DNA of 64,000 nucleotides from Candidatus Lustribacter sp. (GTDB lineage Bacteria; Vulcanimicrobiota; Vulcanimicrobiia; Vulcanimicrobiales; Vulcanimicrobiaceae): NCBI GenBank assembly GCA_965277805.1, contig OZ255842.1, positions 1,088,001 to 1,152,000 of the forward strand, read 5' to 3'. Shown piece by piece: positions 10,010 to 20,229 of this stretch (position 1 is its first letter; each line of letters starts with the position of its first letter). The notes under the pieces were generated by a model. It saw only the letters and a program-made list of their open reading frames with translations, ran no database searches and was not told where the DNA came from. The position numbers and the translations under genes were made by a program.

Positions 10010-10798
10010 CTACCTCACATTCATGACGCGGCCGGACAGCAGCCGGCCCAAGCCGTCGATCTGCACCTCGCAGCCGCAGAGGCGGCTAACTTCCACGAAG
10101 GTCGCGACGATCGAATCCACGACCGGTATGCCGAACTCGTCCTCGAACGCGGCGGTGAACGGGATCGCCGAGAGGTTCGTGCAGATCACCGCGATGCAGT
10201 CGGGCTTGGCTGCCGCGACGGCCATCACTTGATTGCGAATCACCGACGCGGGTGCGTGCCCCATGTCGATGTTCGATTCGAGACCGAGGTTATTGCTCGA
10301 CACCACTGTCAAGCCGCGCCGCCCGTACTCCACGGCGATGGCCGCCATGACGTCGTCCGTGTACGGGCACACGACGCCGATCTTCGTCCAGCCGTTGCGG
10401 CGATAAATCTCGTACATCGCGAGCGTCGTCGTGGTCGCGCGAACCGTGGTCTCCGCTTCGATTGCGTTCACGATTGTGCGATCGTGGTCGAGACCGAGCC
10501 AGCCGCCCGACGTGCCGTTCCACGCGATCACGTCGAGCGGCGCTTCGGCCAGCAGCCGCGCCGCCGCGAGCATGCGGTCCGCTTCGAACTGACCTTCGGC
10601 TTCGCCGTCGAGCGCCAGACGCCGTACGGAGATGCGCGAGAAGTGCTGCGAGACGCGATGGCCTGCGAGCAGGCCGAGTGCGGTCGTGAGCGGCTCGACG
10701 GTCGTGTTCGTCGAGGGGGTGATGTGCCCAACCTTGCGGATCGCGTGCGCATCCGCAGCCGGGGCGCAAAGGTCGATTAGGGCGGCGATGTCGGTCAT
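10010..10798 (-). CDS. Maleate cis-trans isomerase / Asp-Glu racemase family protein
   Basis: [30 protein letters not shown] motifs. Confidence 0.88.
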   Translation of the reverse strand: MTDIAALIDLCAPAADAHAIRKVGHITPSTNTTVEPLTTALGLLAGHRVSQHFSRISVRRLALDGEAEGQFEADRMLAAARLLAEAPLDVIAWNGTSGGWLGLDHDRTIVNAIEAETTVRATTTTLAMYEIYRRNGWTKIGVVCPYTDDVMAAIAVEYGRRGLTVVSSNNLGLESNIDMGHAPASVIRNQVMAVAAAKPDCIAVICTNLSAIPFTAAFEDEFGIPVVDSIVATFVEVSRLCGCEVQIDGLGRLLSGRVMNVR

Positions 10799-12309
10799 CG
10801 GATGTAGCGCTCCAAGGGAAGAGGGTCGTTGGCGTGCTCGGCGACGTAGCGCGCGACGAACGGCTCGAGGGTGCCGGCCAACTCGCGTGCGGGCGCTGCG
10901 GCCGCGCCGAGGCGATTGCGGCTAGCTGCGATGCGAGCGCGCAGCTCCGGCGTCCAGGCGGGAACACGGCCGTCGCGTTTCACGAAGCGGCCGCCGATCA
11001 TCACGTCGCGCATGGCGCTGGCGGCATCGCAATTGACGATTTGGTTGAGTGGATCGTTCAATGGCACAAATGCGGGGTGCGCGAGGTCGAGGAAGATCAG
11101 GTCGGCGTCGTAGCCCGCGGCCGGACGACCGATGCGGCTGCGCAGGCCGAGCGCCGCGGCTCCGCCGAGCGTTGCGGCGCGTAAGACGTCGAGGCTCGAG
11201 AGCCACGAGTCGCTGCTGCCCGCCTGCGCGCGTGAGGTGAACGAGGCGAGGCGCATTGCGAGGAAGATGTCGAGCGCGTCCGATGAGTTCGCGCCGTCGG
11301 TTGCGAGGGCGACGTCGATGCCGCGCTCGAGCATCGGCCGCACGCGCGCGAGGCCCGAGCCCAAGCGAAAATTGCTTGCCGGTACGTGCGCGACCGTGGT
11401 CCCGCTCTCCGCGAGCAGATCGAGGTCGCCGTCATCGAGCCACACGGCGTGTGCAACCGTGACGTTTGAGCCAAGCAGCCCGCAAGCGGCAACGTATGCG
11501 GTCAGCGACGACCCGTAGCGGCTTGCGCCGGTCGTCGCTTGCAGCCGTGACTCGGCGAGATGCGTGTGCAACGGCAGATCGTACTCTGCCGCGAGATCGC
11601 GACACGCCGCGAGGAAGCGCTCGGAGCAGTGGAGCGGTATCGTCGGCGCAATGCCGAGCCGCACGCCCGGCGGAAGCCGCGTTCCCGCGATCAGCTCGCG
11701 CAGCGTCGCGATCGTTTCATCCATCGGCACCAGCGCGAAGCTGCGCACGCGCTCGCCGAGTGCCGGCGGGAGCGGATCGACGATATCGGGATAGGCCTCG
11801 AAGAGCGAACGGTCCGCGATCATCGGCGCGACGATGGCACGCATGCCGGCATCCGCGTAGGCCGTTGAGACGGCCTCGAGCCCGGCGACGCTGGTCCGCG
11901 GGAACTCGTAGACGAGGTCGTAGCAGCTCGTGATCCCGTTCCCGATCATTTCGATCGCGCCGAGCAACGTGGAGAGATACATCGTCTCGGGATCGCGCGG
12001 GCCGCTGAGCCACGGTCCGTGCGTGAGCGAAAGCTCGAGCGGCCAGCGGTCGGCGACGCCTTTCATGAAGTTGGCATGACCGTGCGTGTGCGCGTTGATC
12101 AGGCCCGGCAGAACGAGCGTCTCCGATGCATCGAAGGCCGGCAGGCCGTTGCCGGCGGTCTGCGCACCGGTGCCGGGGTCGCACACCGCGACGATCGCGC
12201 CGTCGCGCACGATGAGCTCGCGCCGTTTGGCCTCACCGTCGATCGGATCCACGACGAGGCCGCCGTGGACGAACCACGAGCGATCGGTTGCGTTCACCAT
12301 GCTACTCAA
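10795..12309 (-). CDS. Amidohydrolase (AtzA/TrzA/MTA-SAH deaminase-like)
   Basis: PGLINAHTH, HTHLAES, AHAVWL, ALATDG metal-binding motifs; start may be ATG at 12300. Confidence 0.9.
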   Translation of the reverse strand: MSSMVNATDRSWFVHGGLVVDPIDGEAKRRELIVRDGAIVAVCDPGTGAQTAGNGLPAFDASETLVLPGLINAHTHGHANFMKGVADRWPLELSLTHGPWLSGPRDPETMYLSTLLGAIEMIGNGITSCYDLVYEFPRTSVAGLEAVSTAYADAGMRAIVAPMIADRSLFEAYPDIVDPLPPALGERVRSFALVPMDETIATLRELIAGTRLPPGVRLGIAPTIPLHCSERFLAACRDLAAEYDLPLHTHLAESRLQATTGASRYGSSLTAYVAACGLLGSNVTVAHAVWLDDGDLDLLAESGTTVAHVPASNFRLGSGLARVRPMLERGIDVALATDGANSSDALDIFLAMRLASFTSRAQAGSSDSWLSSLDVLRAATLGGAAALGLRSRIGRPAAGYDADLIFLDLAHPAFVPLNDPLNQIVNCDAASAMRDVMIGGRFVKRDGRVPAWTPELRARIAASRNRLGAAAAPARELAGTLEPFVARYVAEHANDPLPLERYIR

Positions 12310-13666
12310 GGGTCATCAGATCGTCGAGCAGACGGTAGTCCGGCAGCGTCGTGTCGATCGGGCGGCCGTTGCGGATGACCACGCGGTCCCATTGGTGACG
12401 CGCGAGTAATTCGGAATAATTCCGCGCCCGCAGCACGATCACATCGGCCGGCATTCCCACGCGCAGCGTTCCGCGTTCGGGCAGTCCCATGATCGAGGCC
12501 GGCGTCTCCGTCGCAACCTTGATCCAATCGCCGATTGGGTGATCGAGGTGCATGATCTTCACGGCTTGCGTGAACGTATCGAGCATGTCGTGATCGCCGT
12601 AGGCGTTGAACGGGTCGCGGGCGTTGTCGCCGGCGACGGCCACCTGCAAGCCGCGGGCTTTCATCTCGTGGAGCGGCGCCGTGCCGCGCCAGCGCGGGGT
12701 CACGTTCGCCTGACGGCCTTGCAGGTACATGTTCACGGTTGGCAGGCTCACGACGTCGATGCCGGCGTCGAAGCAGGCATCGAGCGTCGCCGTGATGCGT
12801 TCGTCCGTTTGCAGCGCGAGAGAACAGCAGTGGCCGCAGAGAATCTTGCCGTTGAAGCCGACCTGCTGCGCGAGCTGAGCGATGCGAATCAGCGAGAGCG
12901 TTTCGATGTCCCCGGTTTCGTCGACGTGCAGGTCGACGTTCAGTCCGCGCTCGCGGGCGAGGGCGAACACGTTCGTCATCGCCTGGTCGAATTCGGGCGT
13001 GCCGGGCACGTTGGGAAGACCGCGGAAGATCGTCGCGCAGCCGAGGACGCCGCCCGACTCCGCAACGATATCGGCGAGTGCTCGGCCTTCATCGGTGAGA
13101 AAAATGTCGAGCGGCGCGATCGATGAGGCTTGCAGATCGATGCGCCCGGTCCAACGCTCGCGGGCTTCGGCGAAGACCGGGAACGAGATGGCGGCTTGGG
13201 GTGCGAGCGAGTCGAGGTGCGTGCGGATCGCGACGACGCCGTGCGCATAGGCGGTTGCGAGGCCGAAATCCATGCGGCGCTGTACGTCGTCGGCGTTCCA
13301 GCGTGATTGCCGGTCTTCGCCCGTGGCGCTCGTTGCGCCCATTGGATCGCGCGTGGGGTTGGGTTTGCGCGGCCAGATGTGGCCCTTGTCGAGGTGCGTA
13401 TGGCAGTCGATCAAGCCGGGGAGGACCATCGATGCGTCGAGGTCGGGGCCGAGTTCCGGCGGTAGCGTGCCGGCGGGCTCGATTGCGGCGATGCGGCCGT
13501 TTTCGATGAGGAGATCGATGCGGCGGAGTTCGGGATCGTGGCGGTCCCTCGACATGCTCGGGATGACACTAACATCAACATTAACGCCAAGCAGACATGC
13601 GGGGGCGGTTAGGTTGCGTAGGGCGTAGCGTGGGGTGGGGGGGATCGTGAAGAAGGGGTCGGGCAT
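12302..13666 (-). CDS. Cytosine deaminase-like amidohydrolase
   Basis: DCHTHLDKGH, DLHVDE, GHCCSL, SLPTVNMYLQ, AGDNARDPF; true start MPDPFF at 13666 (TAATG overlap with the permease stop). Confidence 0.9.
   Translation of the reverse strand: MPDPFFTIPPTPRYALRNLTAPACLLGVNVDVSVIPSMSRDRHDPELRRIDLLIENGRIAAIEPAGTLPPELGPDLDASMVLPGLIDCHTHLDKGHIWPRKPNPTRDPMGATSATGEDRQSRWNADDVQRRMDFGLATAYAHGVVAIRTHLDSLAPQAAISFPVFAEARERWTGRIDLQASSIAPLDIFLTDEGRALADIVAESGGVLGCATIFRGLPNVPGTPEFDQAMTNVFALARERGLNVDLHVDETGDIETLSLIRIAQLAQQVGFNGKILCGHCCSLALQTDERITATLDACFDAGIDVVSLPTVNMYLQGRQANVTPRWRGTAPLHEMKARGLQVAVAGDNARDPFNAYGDHDMLDTFTQAVKIMHLDHPIGDWIKVATETPASIMGLPERGTLRVGMPADVIVLRARNYSELLARHQWDRVVIRNGRPIDTTLPDYRLLDDLMTLE
13538..13569 (+). 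repeat. REP-like hairpin repeat, copy 2 (in-frame inside the deaminase gene)
   Basis: GTGGCGGTCCCTCGACATGCTCGGGATGACAC, read as VIPSMSRDRH on the coding strand. Confidence 0.85.
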
Positions 13667-14439
13667 TAGGCTTCTCGCTGCACGGCGCTCTCGTGCCAGC
13701 GCCGGAGCGCGAGGTGCGAGATGATCGTTAGGGATAGGAAGATGGCGATGCCGCAGAGCGAGATGAGCGCGAGCGCGGCGAACATTCGCGGGATGTTGAG
13801 TTGATCGCCGGCCTCGAGGATGCGGAACGCGAGGCCCGACTTTGTTCCGCCGGAACCGGCGACGAACTCCGCGACCACGGCACCGATGAGCGCGAGGCCG
13901 CCGGAGATGCGCAGACCGGCCAGAAAATACGGCATTGCTGCGGGCAAGCGCAAGAAGAGCAGCGTTTGCCAGCGGCTTGCACGGTAGAGCGCGAAGAGGT
14001 CGACGAGATTGTGGTCGGCCGAATTCAAGCCGGTCGTCGTGTTCGAGAGGATCGGGAAGAAGGCGACGAGCCACGCGCAGATCAGCAGTGCGACGCTGCT
14101 GTTCTTCGCCCAGATGATGATCAGCGGCGCAATCGCCACTACCGGCGTGACTTGCAAGACCACCGCGTACGGGAAGAAGGCGCGTTCGGTCCACTTCGAC
14201 TGCGCGAACACGATTGCGAGCGCGAGCCCGATCACGACGGCTAACCCGAGGGCTTCGAGCGTGATCGAGAGCGTCGTCCACAGCGACGCCGAGAGCATCC
14301 CCCAGTCGCGAACGAGCGCCACGGCAATGAGCGACGGCGGCGGCAGCACGTACGGCGGAATACGGTCGACCGCAACGATGCTTTGCCAGAGTGCCAAGAG
14401 CGTGACGCCCAACGCGACCGGCGCGATTGCATTCCGCAT
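13666..14439 (-). CDS. ABC transporter permease (SsuC/TauC-like)
   Basis: LPPPS, QVTPVVAIAPL, LRLPAAMPYFLAGLRI, GAVVAEF. Confidence 0.93.
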   Translation of the reverse strand: MRNAIAPVALGVTLLALWQSIVAVDRIPPYVLPPPSLIAVALVRDWGMLSASLWTTLSITLEALGLAVVIGLALAIVFAQSKWTERAFFPYAVVLQVTPVVAIAPLIIIWAKNSSVALLICAWLVAFFPILSNTTTGLNSADHNLVDLFALYRASRWQTLLFLRLPAAMPYFLAGLRISGGLALIGAVVAEFVAGSGGTKSGLAFRILEAGDQLNIPRMFAALALISLCGIAIFLSLTIISHLALRRWHESAVQREA

Positions 14440-15041
14440 CAGAGCGCGCAGACGTCCATGGTGGCTTCGAGCGCGGCCGACACCCGTTCGCAGTGTTTGG
14501 CATACACAGCCGACGTGCGGTACGCCGATGAGCGCGGATAGCGTTCGCCCACCACGATGTCCGCGGCAATGCGGCCGGGCCGTGGTGCGAGCACGACGAT
14601 GCGCTGCGAGAGATACACGCTCTCGAACACGGAGTGGGTGACGAAGACCACCGTGAACCGGTGTTGCTGCCAGAGCGACAGCAGATCGTCGTTGAGCCGC
14701 GCGCGCGTGATCTCATCGAGCGCCGCAAACGGTTCATCCATCAGCAGAATGTCGGGACGGGTGACCAGCGCACGTGCGATCGAGACGCGCATCTTCATGC
14801 CGCCCGAGAGTTCGCGCGGATAGGCGCGCTCGAATCCGGCCAAGCCGACGGCGGCCAGCGCCGCTCGCGCGCGCTCGCGGACTTCGCCCGCGTCGATGCC
14901 GGCCAGCCGTAGCGGCAGCGCAACGTTGCGCAGCGCGCTCACCCACGGCAGCAGCGTGGGCTCCCGCTTTTGTACGGTCGCCTCATCGGTGATCGCCGGC
15001 ATGTCGCCGATGTGGCTGAGAAACGTCGTTACGTCGTTCAT
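14439..15041 (-). pseudogene. ABC ATP-binding subunit lacking Walker A, fused to a foreign 26-aa N-terminus
   Basis: EPTLLPW, LSGGMKMR, LLMDEPF and VTH are present, but there is no GxxGxGKS/T. Confidence 0.75.
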
Positions 15042-15042
15042 C

Positions 15043-17877
15043 TTATCCACCAAGGTGGGCGCGCAGCTGCAGACGGAAGGTCTGCGGTGCGGCGGGGATC
15101 AGGAAGGGGACGCTGCTCGTCTGCTGGATTGTCGTGCCGTTGGAGCTCGAGTCGCCCGTGATCGGCACGCCCGCGTTGGGCGCGGGCAGATTGCTGCCGG
15201 TATTGTTGTTGAAGAGGTTCTGCACCGAGAACTGCAGCTCGAAGTTTTTGCCGAGGCCTTGGCGCGCGGTGAGATCCAGCACCGTGAACGGCGGCTGGTA
15301 GTACGCGTTGTTCTTGCCTTCGAAGTCGGCGCCGATTGCGGCAAAGCCGCCGTGCTTCCACGCATAGGTGAGTTGCCCATAGCCCTTGAGATACGGAATG
15401 CACGCCGCGGCGCCCGGATTGCCGGTCGCATTGCCGCACAGCTGCACGTTATCGGCCGGGAGGCCGGCGCTGCCGTTGAACGCCGAGGCCGGAATCCCCG
15501 AGAGCATCGAGCTGTCGGCGGCAACGGAGAGGTTATAGCCGAGCCCCGTCGCCGGCGCGTAGGTGTACTGCGCGGTCGCCACCTGCGCGACCAGGCGCGC
15601 CACGTTGAACGGCGCCGAGAGCCCGCGCAGGGCGGTCGATCCGTTGAACATCACCGATTGCGTGGTGACGATTTGCTGGAACACGTTGTGCACGACCGTG
15701 TTCAGCAGATCGACGCTGAGCACGCTGCCGTTGCCGAACCGGTGGTCGGCGCCGAGCGAGTACGCGATGCTCGTCTCGGGCAAGAGATTCGGATTCTTCT
15801 GCGTGACAAAGCCGCCGGTGAAGGGAAAGTTCGGTGGCGCGATCGAGGCCGGTCCGCTGACCAGGCCGATGAACGGGAACGTTTCCGACGTTCCGTACGC
15901 GGCGCGAATCGCCGTCGACGGCTCGGGCCGTAACACGAACGCCACGTGCGGATCAAATCGTGCGACGCTGCGCTGCAAACCGATCAGCGTGAGGTTGCCG
16001 AGCGCATCGACCGAGGGTTGATCGCCCGATGCGGTCCAGAGCGTGTTGTAGAGACCGGCGTCGATCGTGAGCTTCGACGTGGGATGCAGGTCGCCGGTGA
16101 GCGAGAACGTCGTGAAGCGCGTGGCCGAACCCATCGGCACCGCAAAGTTCGCCGGCGTGTCGGCATACGCGAACGTGCTCTGCCCGTGGAAGTCGTAGGT
16201 GAACGTGAGCGAGTTCAAGCCGAAAGGATGGATGTAGGTGAACGTGTTGCCGTAGAGCGTGTTCGTTTCCGACGTGCTATAGGGGAACTGATAGCACTCT
16301 TCTTGGCCGCCGACGGTCGTGATCGTGTTCGACGGGCTGTTGATCTGCTGGAAGCTCGTGCTCGTCCCCGGCGGGCACGGCGTCGCTTCGAACGCGTTCG
16401 GATTGGTCAGGCCCGTGCTCGGAATTTGCGCGCCCGGCGGCAGCGACTGCGGACCGGGATAACAGGTGACCGTCGGCGTAAGGCTCATGCACGCCGGATA
16501 GCTCGAGTTGGGCGCGAAAAACGCGGGGTAGGCGCCCTCGCCGGTGCCGTTATACGATTCCGGTTCGATGTTGCCGGCGTACGGCCGCTCGAGCAGCGTA
16601 TCGTTGCCGATCGTGGTGCGGAATTCACCCGACCAGAGCTGCTGTTTGTTCGAGATCAGCGTGCCGGGGTACCAGAAGTAGCCGGGAATCGTCTTGCCGA
16701 TGAGGTTGGCATCGGCCGGGCTCGTGCACTGCAGCGAATTGGGAATGCACGCTTCCACGAGCGTCGGCCCGTACGACTCGCCGCCGAAGTAATCTTGCGG
16801 ATCGTAGCCGCCGTACGAGCCGATGAACTCGGCCTCGAACGACGTAGCGCTCGAGAGATCGTACTTGAGTTTGTAGAGCTGACCGCGCTGGAATTGCGAG
16901 CCGCCGAGGATGCCGCAGAACGGCACGATGCCGGCGAAACCGGGCGAATTCGGCGTCGTCGCCGGATCGCTGCCGTAGACGTCGCACTCGACCTTGTTGT
17001 AGAGCGGGTTGTTCGTCCACGATGACCCGAGCGCGGCGACGTAGGAGAGGTGTCCGGTCATGCCCGAGGCGATCAGGTTCTCGTAGAGCGACCCGTATTG
17101 GTCGGCGCCCGCCGTAAACGATGCATACGGCTTGGAGGTGAATGCCGGTGTCGTAAGGTTCACTGTCCCGCCGACGGCGAGATTGGCAAACGGCGTCGTG
17201 TTGCCAGGACCGCTTTCGACTTCGGCGCCGCCCACGAGAAAAGACGGGTACTCGTGGCTCGTCCACACGCCGTATTGCCCAAGCGCGACCGGATGGCCGT
17301 CGATCAGCACTTGCGTCTCATATGGCTGCAAGCCGCCCACGACGATCGACGTGTCCAACTGCGTTCCGAGATGGAGCACGGTAACGTCCGGCACGTGCTG
17401 CAGCACGTCGGTGATCAGCGGACTGCCCGTCTGCGTGAACGCGCTGCCGGGCACGAGCGTCTGGGCTGCGGGACCGGCATTGATCGCGCTCCTGCCGGCC
17501 GTCGAGGTGACGGTGCCGATGGTGTGCAGCGAACTCAGCGATGTCTCGCTCAAACTAACCGTCAACGGCTGGGAGCCGCCGGGTGCGACAACGACGTCGT
17601 TCACCGAAGCCGCTTGATAGCCGCTGCGGTCGACCCGCACTTGGTATAATCCGGGCGCGACGTTGACCGAAAACGATCCGTCATCGGCGCTGGTCGTTGT
17701 GGCTTGTGCGGGTCCGCTGACGCTAATCTTCGCACCCGAAAGCGGCGCACCCCCGGCGGTGGTGACGGTTCCGCTGATGCTGGACGTCGCAGCTTGTGCG
17801 AGTGTTGTGGACGTCGTTCCCAAAAGGGCGATGAGGCATAGGGCGATCGTACGAAAGCCTAGCGTTGTGTAGCGCAT
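15043..17877 (-). CDS. TonB-dependent receptor with N-terminal carboxypeptidase-regulatory-like domain
   Basis: Signal peptide MRYTTLGF..., ISGTVTTAGGAPLSGAKI, plug ETQVLIDGHPV...VGGTVNL, NPNLLPETS, SVQNLFN, terminal beta strand; GAGGA RBS before ATG 17877. Confidence 0.88.
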   Translation of the reverse strand: MRYTTLGFRTIALCLIALLGTTSTTLAQAATSSISGTVTTAGGAPLSGAKISVSGPAQATTTSADDGSFSVNVAPGLYQVRVDRSGYQAASVNDVVVAPGGSQPLTVSLSETSLSSLHTIGTVTSTAGRSAINAGPAAQTLVPGSAFTQTGSPLITDVLQHVPDVTVLHLGTQLDTSIVVGGLQPYETQVLIDGHPVALGQYGVWTSHEYPSFLVGGAEVESGPGNTTPFANLAVGGTVNLTTPAFTSKPYASFTAGADQYGSLYENLIASGMTGHLSYVAALGSSWTNNPLYNKVECDVYGSDPATTPNSPGFAGIVPFCGILGGSQFQRGQLYKLKYDLSSATSFEAEFIGSYGGYDPQDYFGGESYGPTLVEACIPNSLQCTSPADANLIGKTIPGYFWYPGTLISNKQQLWSGEFRTTIGNDTLLERPYAGNIEPESYNGTGEGAYPAFFAPNSSYPACMSLTPTVTCYPGPQSLPPGAQIPSTGLTNPNAFEATPCPPGTSTSFQQINSPSNTITTVGGQEECYQFPYSTSETNTLYGNTFTYIHPFGLNSLTFTYDFHGQSTFAYADTPANFAVPMGSATRFTTFSLTGDLHPTSKLTIDAGLYNTLWTASGDQPSVDALGNLTLIGLQRSVARFDPHVAFVLRPEPSTAIRAAYGTSETFPFIGLVSGPASIAPPNFPFTGGFVTQKNPNLLPETSIAYSLGADHRFGNGSVLSVDLLNTVVHNVFQQIVTTQSVMFNGSTALRGLSAPFNVARLVAQVATAQYTYAPATGLGYNLSVAADSSMLSGIPASAFNGSAGLPADNVQLCGNATGNPGAAACIPYLKGYGQLTYAWKHGGFAAIGADFEGKNNAYYQPPFTVLDLTARQGLGKNFELQFSVQNLFNNNTGSNLPAPNAGVPITGDSSSNGTTIQQTSSVPFLIPAAPQTFRLQLRAHLGG

Positions 17878-18115
17878 GAGTCCTCGTGAATGGGTGCAAA
17901 GAGGGATAACCGCAAGAAGCGGTGTGCCATTCACGCTCGGAGTGCCACCCAGAGATTGTGCCTTGCGACGCAAGCTCTCAAGCGAACAATGTATGACCGC
18001 CAGTGCGGTCAAATCCTTAAACTGGATCCGCGCTGGTCAGATAGTAGCTTCGTAGCAGACGCGAGAGCACTAGACAAATGTTTAACCTGCGAGGGTTCCG
18101 GCTCGACAGGTTGTC

Positions 18116-19210
18116 ATGTATGATGGGCTCGATATGCCCCTCACCGAAGAGAGCGCGGGCATCACCACGACCGCCTACGATGCGCTGATTCGTACGCTCC
18201 TGGGTGAAATCGCTGCAGAAGAACTCGTCGTTCATCCGAAGTTTCAGCGCAAGGTCGTGTGGGGTCGCGACCGCCAGTCGAAGCTGATCGAATCGCTGCT
18301 CCTCAACATTCCGATCCCGATCCTCTACTTCGCCGAAGACGACGATGGAACGAAAGTCGTCGTCGATGGTCAGCAGCGTCTCCGCGCGATCAGCGAATTT
18401 CACGCGGGCAGCTATGCCTTACAACGGCTCGATGTGCTGCCGGAACTCAACGGCAAGCGATGGACGGACTTGGAGCCGCGACAGTCACAAACGCTGCTCG
18501 CGCGCACCCTGCGCTGCGTCGTGATCGCGGCCTCGTCGCCGCCGACGCTGCGTTTCGAGATGTTCGAGCGCTTGAGCACGGGCGGCATGCCGCTCAACGA
18601 TCAAGAGCTGCGCAACTGCGTGTTTCGCGGCCCGTTCAACGAACTGTTGCACGACCTGGTCCGCACCGAGCCGTGGCTTTCGGCCGTGGGCAAGGAAGAT
18701 GCCGACTTGCGCATGCGGCACGAGGAACTGGCGCTGCGCTTCTTCGCGCTCGGTTCGGCGACGGCGGATTACCGGCCGCCGCTCAAAGGGATCTTCAATG
18801 AATTCATGCGTGCGAATCGCGATCCGGGTGAGGCGCGCATTCACGAGATGGGCGCCGTGTTCGAGCGCGCGCTGACGAACTGCATCTCCGTGTTCGAGCC
18901 GCATTGCTTTCGGCGCGTCGTGCAAGCCAAAGGCCGGCCCGAACGGTGGGAGCCGCACCTCAACCGCGCCGTGTTCGACGTGCAGATGCTGAGCTTGGCC
19001 GATCTTCCGGCCCAACTCGTTCGCGACAAAGCCGGCATCATCCGCGACGCGTTCGTGCGCCAAAGTCTCGCCAACGAAGCATTCCGCGACGCGATCAGCC
19101 TCGCGACCGCCGATCGCACGACGTTCTATACGCGCCTGCGCATTTGGTTGACGGCCCTAAAGGACGCCGGCATCGCTGCCCCCTTGCTCGACCGCCTCCC
19201 CGTGCTCTAG
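18116..19210 (+). CDS. DUF262 (GmrS/ParB-Srx-like) domain protein
   Basis: PKFQRKVVW, LIESLLLNIPIP, VVDGQQRL, MFERLSTGGMPL..QELRN motifs; no HNH/DUF1524 motif seen. Confidence 0.88.
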   Translation: MYDGLDMPLTEESAGITTTAYDALIRTLLGEIAAEELVVHPKFQRKVVWGRDRQSKLIESLLLNIPIPILYFAEDDDGTKVVVDGQQRLRAISEFHAGSYALQRLDVLPELNGKRWTDLEPRQSQTLLARTLRCVVIAASSPPTLRFEMFERLSTGGMPLNDQELRNCVFRGPFNELLHDLVRTEPWLSAVGKEDADLRMRHEELALRFFALGSATADYRPPLKGIFNEFMRANRDPGEARIHEMGAVFERALTNCISVFEPHCFRRVVQAKGRPERWEPHLNRAVFDVQMLSLADLPAQLVRDKAGIIRDAFVRQSLANEAFRDAISLATADRTTFYTRLRIWLTALKDAGIAAPLLDRLPVL

Positions 19211-19224
19211 GATACAGAGCAGTC

Positions 19225-20229
19225 GTGCAAAAGCTCATCCTGAGGAATTTTCTCTCGCCCGGCGACATCGTGATGTTGACCGCTGCCGTGCGCGATCTGC
19301 ACGCCGCGTACCCGCGGCGCTTCATTACCGACGTGCGCACCCCGTGCCCGGCGCTCTGGGAAAACAACCCGTATCTCACGCCGCTGGCCGAAAACGATCC
19401 CGACGTGCGGCGCATCGATTGCCACTATCCGCTCATCCATCGCAGTAACCGGGCGCCCTATCACTTCTTGCACGGCTTCCTCGAGTATCTCAACGGCGAA
19501 CTCGGCCTGCAGATCAAACCCACGGCGTTCCGCGGCGATCTCCATCTCGCTCGGCCCGAACGCGTGTGGATCTCCCAGGTCGAGGAGATCGTCAAGCAGC
19601 CGGTGCCGTTCTGGATCGTCGTCGCCGGCGGCAAGCGCGACTACACGGTGAAGTGGTGGAGCGCGGAGCGCTTCCAAGAAGTCGTCGACGCCTTTCGCGG
19701 GCGCATTCAGTTCGTGCAAGTGGGGGAACGCGGGCACGACCATCCGGCGCTGCGCAACGTCATCGATCTGCGCGGGAAGACGGACCTGCGGCAGCTCGTG
19801 CGGCTCGTCCACCACTCCCAGGGCGTGTTGTGCCCCGTCACGCTTCACATGCACCTCGCTGCCGCCGTCGACGTGCGGCCCGGAATGCCGAAGAACCGGC
19901 CCTGTGTCGTCGTGGCCGGCGGACGTGAACCGCCGCATTGGGAAGCCTATCCGCATCACCAGTATCTACATCGTACCGGTGCGTTGTTGTGCTGTGACGA
20001 CGGCGGCTGCTGGAAGTCGCGCGTCGTGCCGCTCGGCGACGGCGACGAACGCGACCGGCTCGAGCACCGCTGCGTCGACGTCGTCGGCGCGCTGCCGCGC
20101 TGCATGGACCTGATTGGCGTGCCGGACGTAATCCGCGCGGTGGAATGCTACTTCGACGGCGGCGCGCTCGCGTATCTCACGCCGGCGCAAGCCGAGGCTT
20201 GCGAACGGGCCCTCGCCGTGCCGGTATGA
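19225..20229 (+). CDS. Glycosyltransferase family 9 (heptosyltransferase-like) with C-terminal Cys cluster
   Basis: SPGDIVMLTAAVRDL, LWENNPY, KWWSAERF, QVGE, IDLRGKTDLRQL, MHLAAAV; CCDDGGCW...C...RCMDLI; GTG start at 19225. Confidence 0.85.
   Translation: MQKLILRNFLSPGDIVMLTAAVRDLHAAYPRRFITDVRTPCPALWENNPYLTPLAENDPDVRRIDCHYPLIHRSNRAPYHFLHGFLEYLNGELGLQIKPTAFRGDLHLARPERVWISQVEEIVKQPVPFWIVVAGGKRDYTVKWWSAERFQEVVDAFRGRIQFVQVGERGHDHPALRNVIDLRGKTDLRQLVRLVHHSQGVLCPVTLHMHLAAAVDVRPGMPKNRPCVVVAGGREPPHWEAYPHHQYLHRTGALLCCDDGGCWKSRVVPLGDGDERDRLEHRCVDVVGALPRCMDLIGVPDVIRAVECYFDGGALAYLTPAQAEACERALAVPV

Noticed and set aside
12302-14737. 811-aa ORF as one protein
   Set aside because: The upstream part is an off-frame shadow over the permease and ATPase; the real deaminase starts at 13666.
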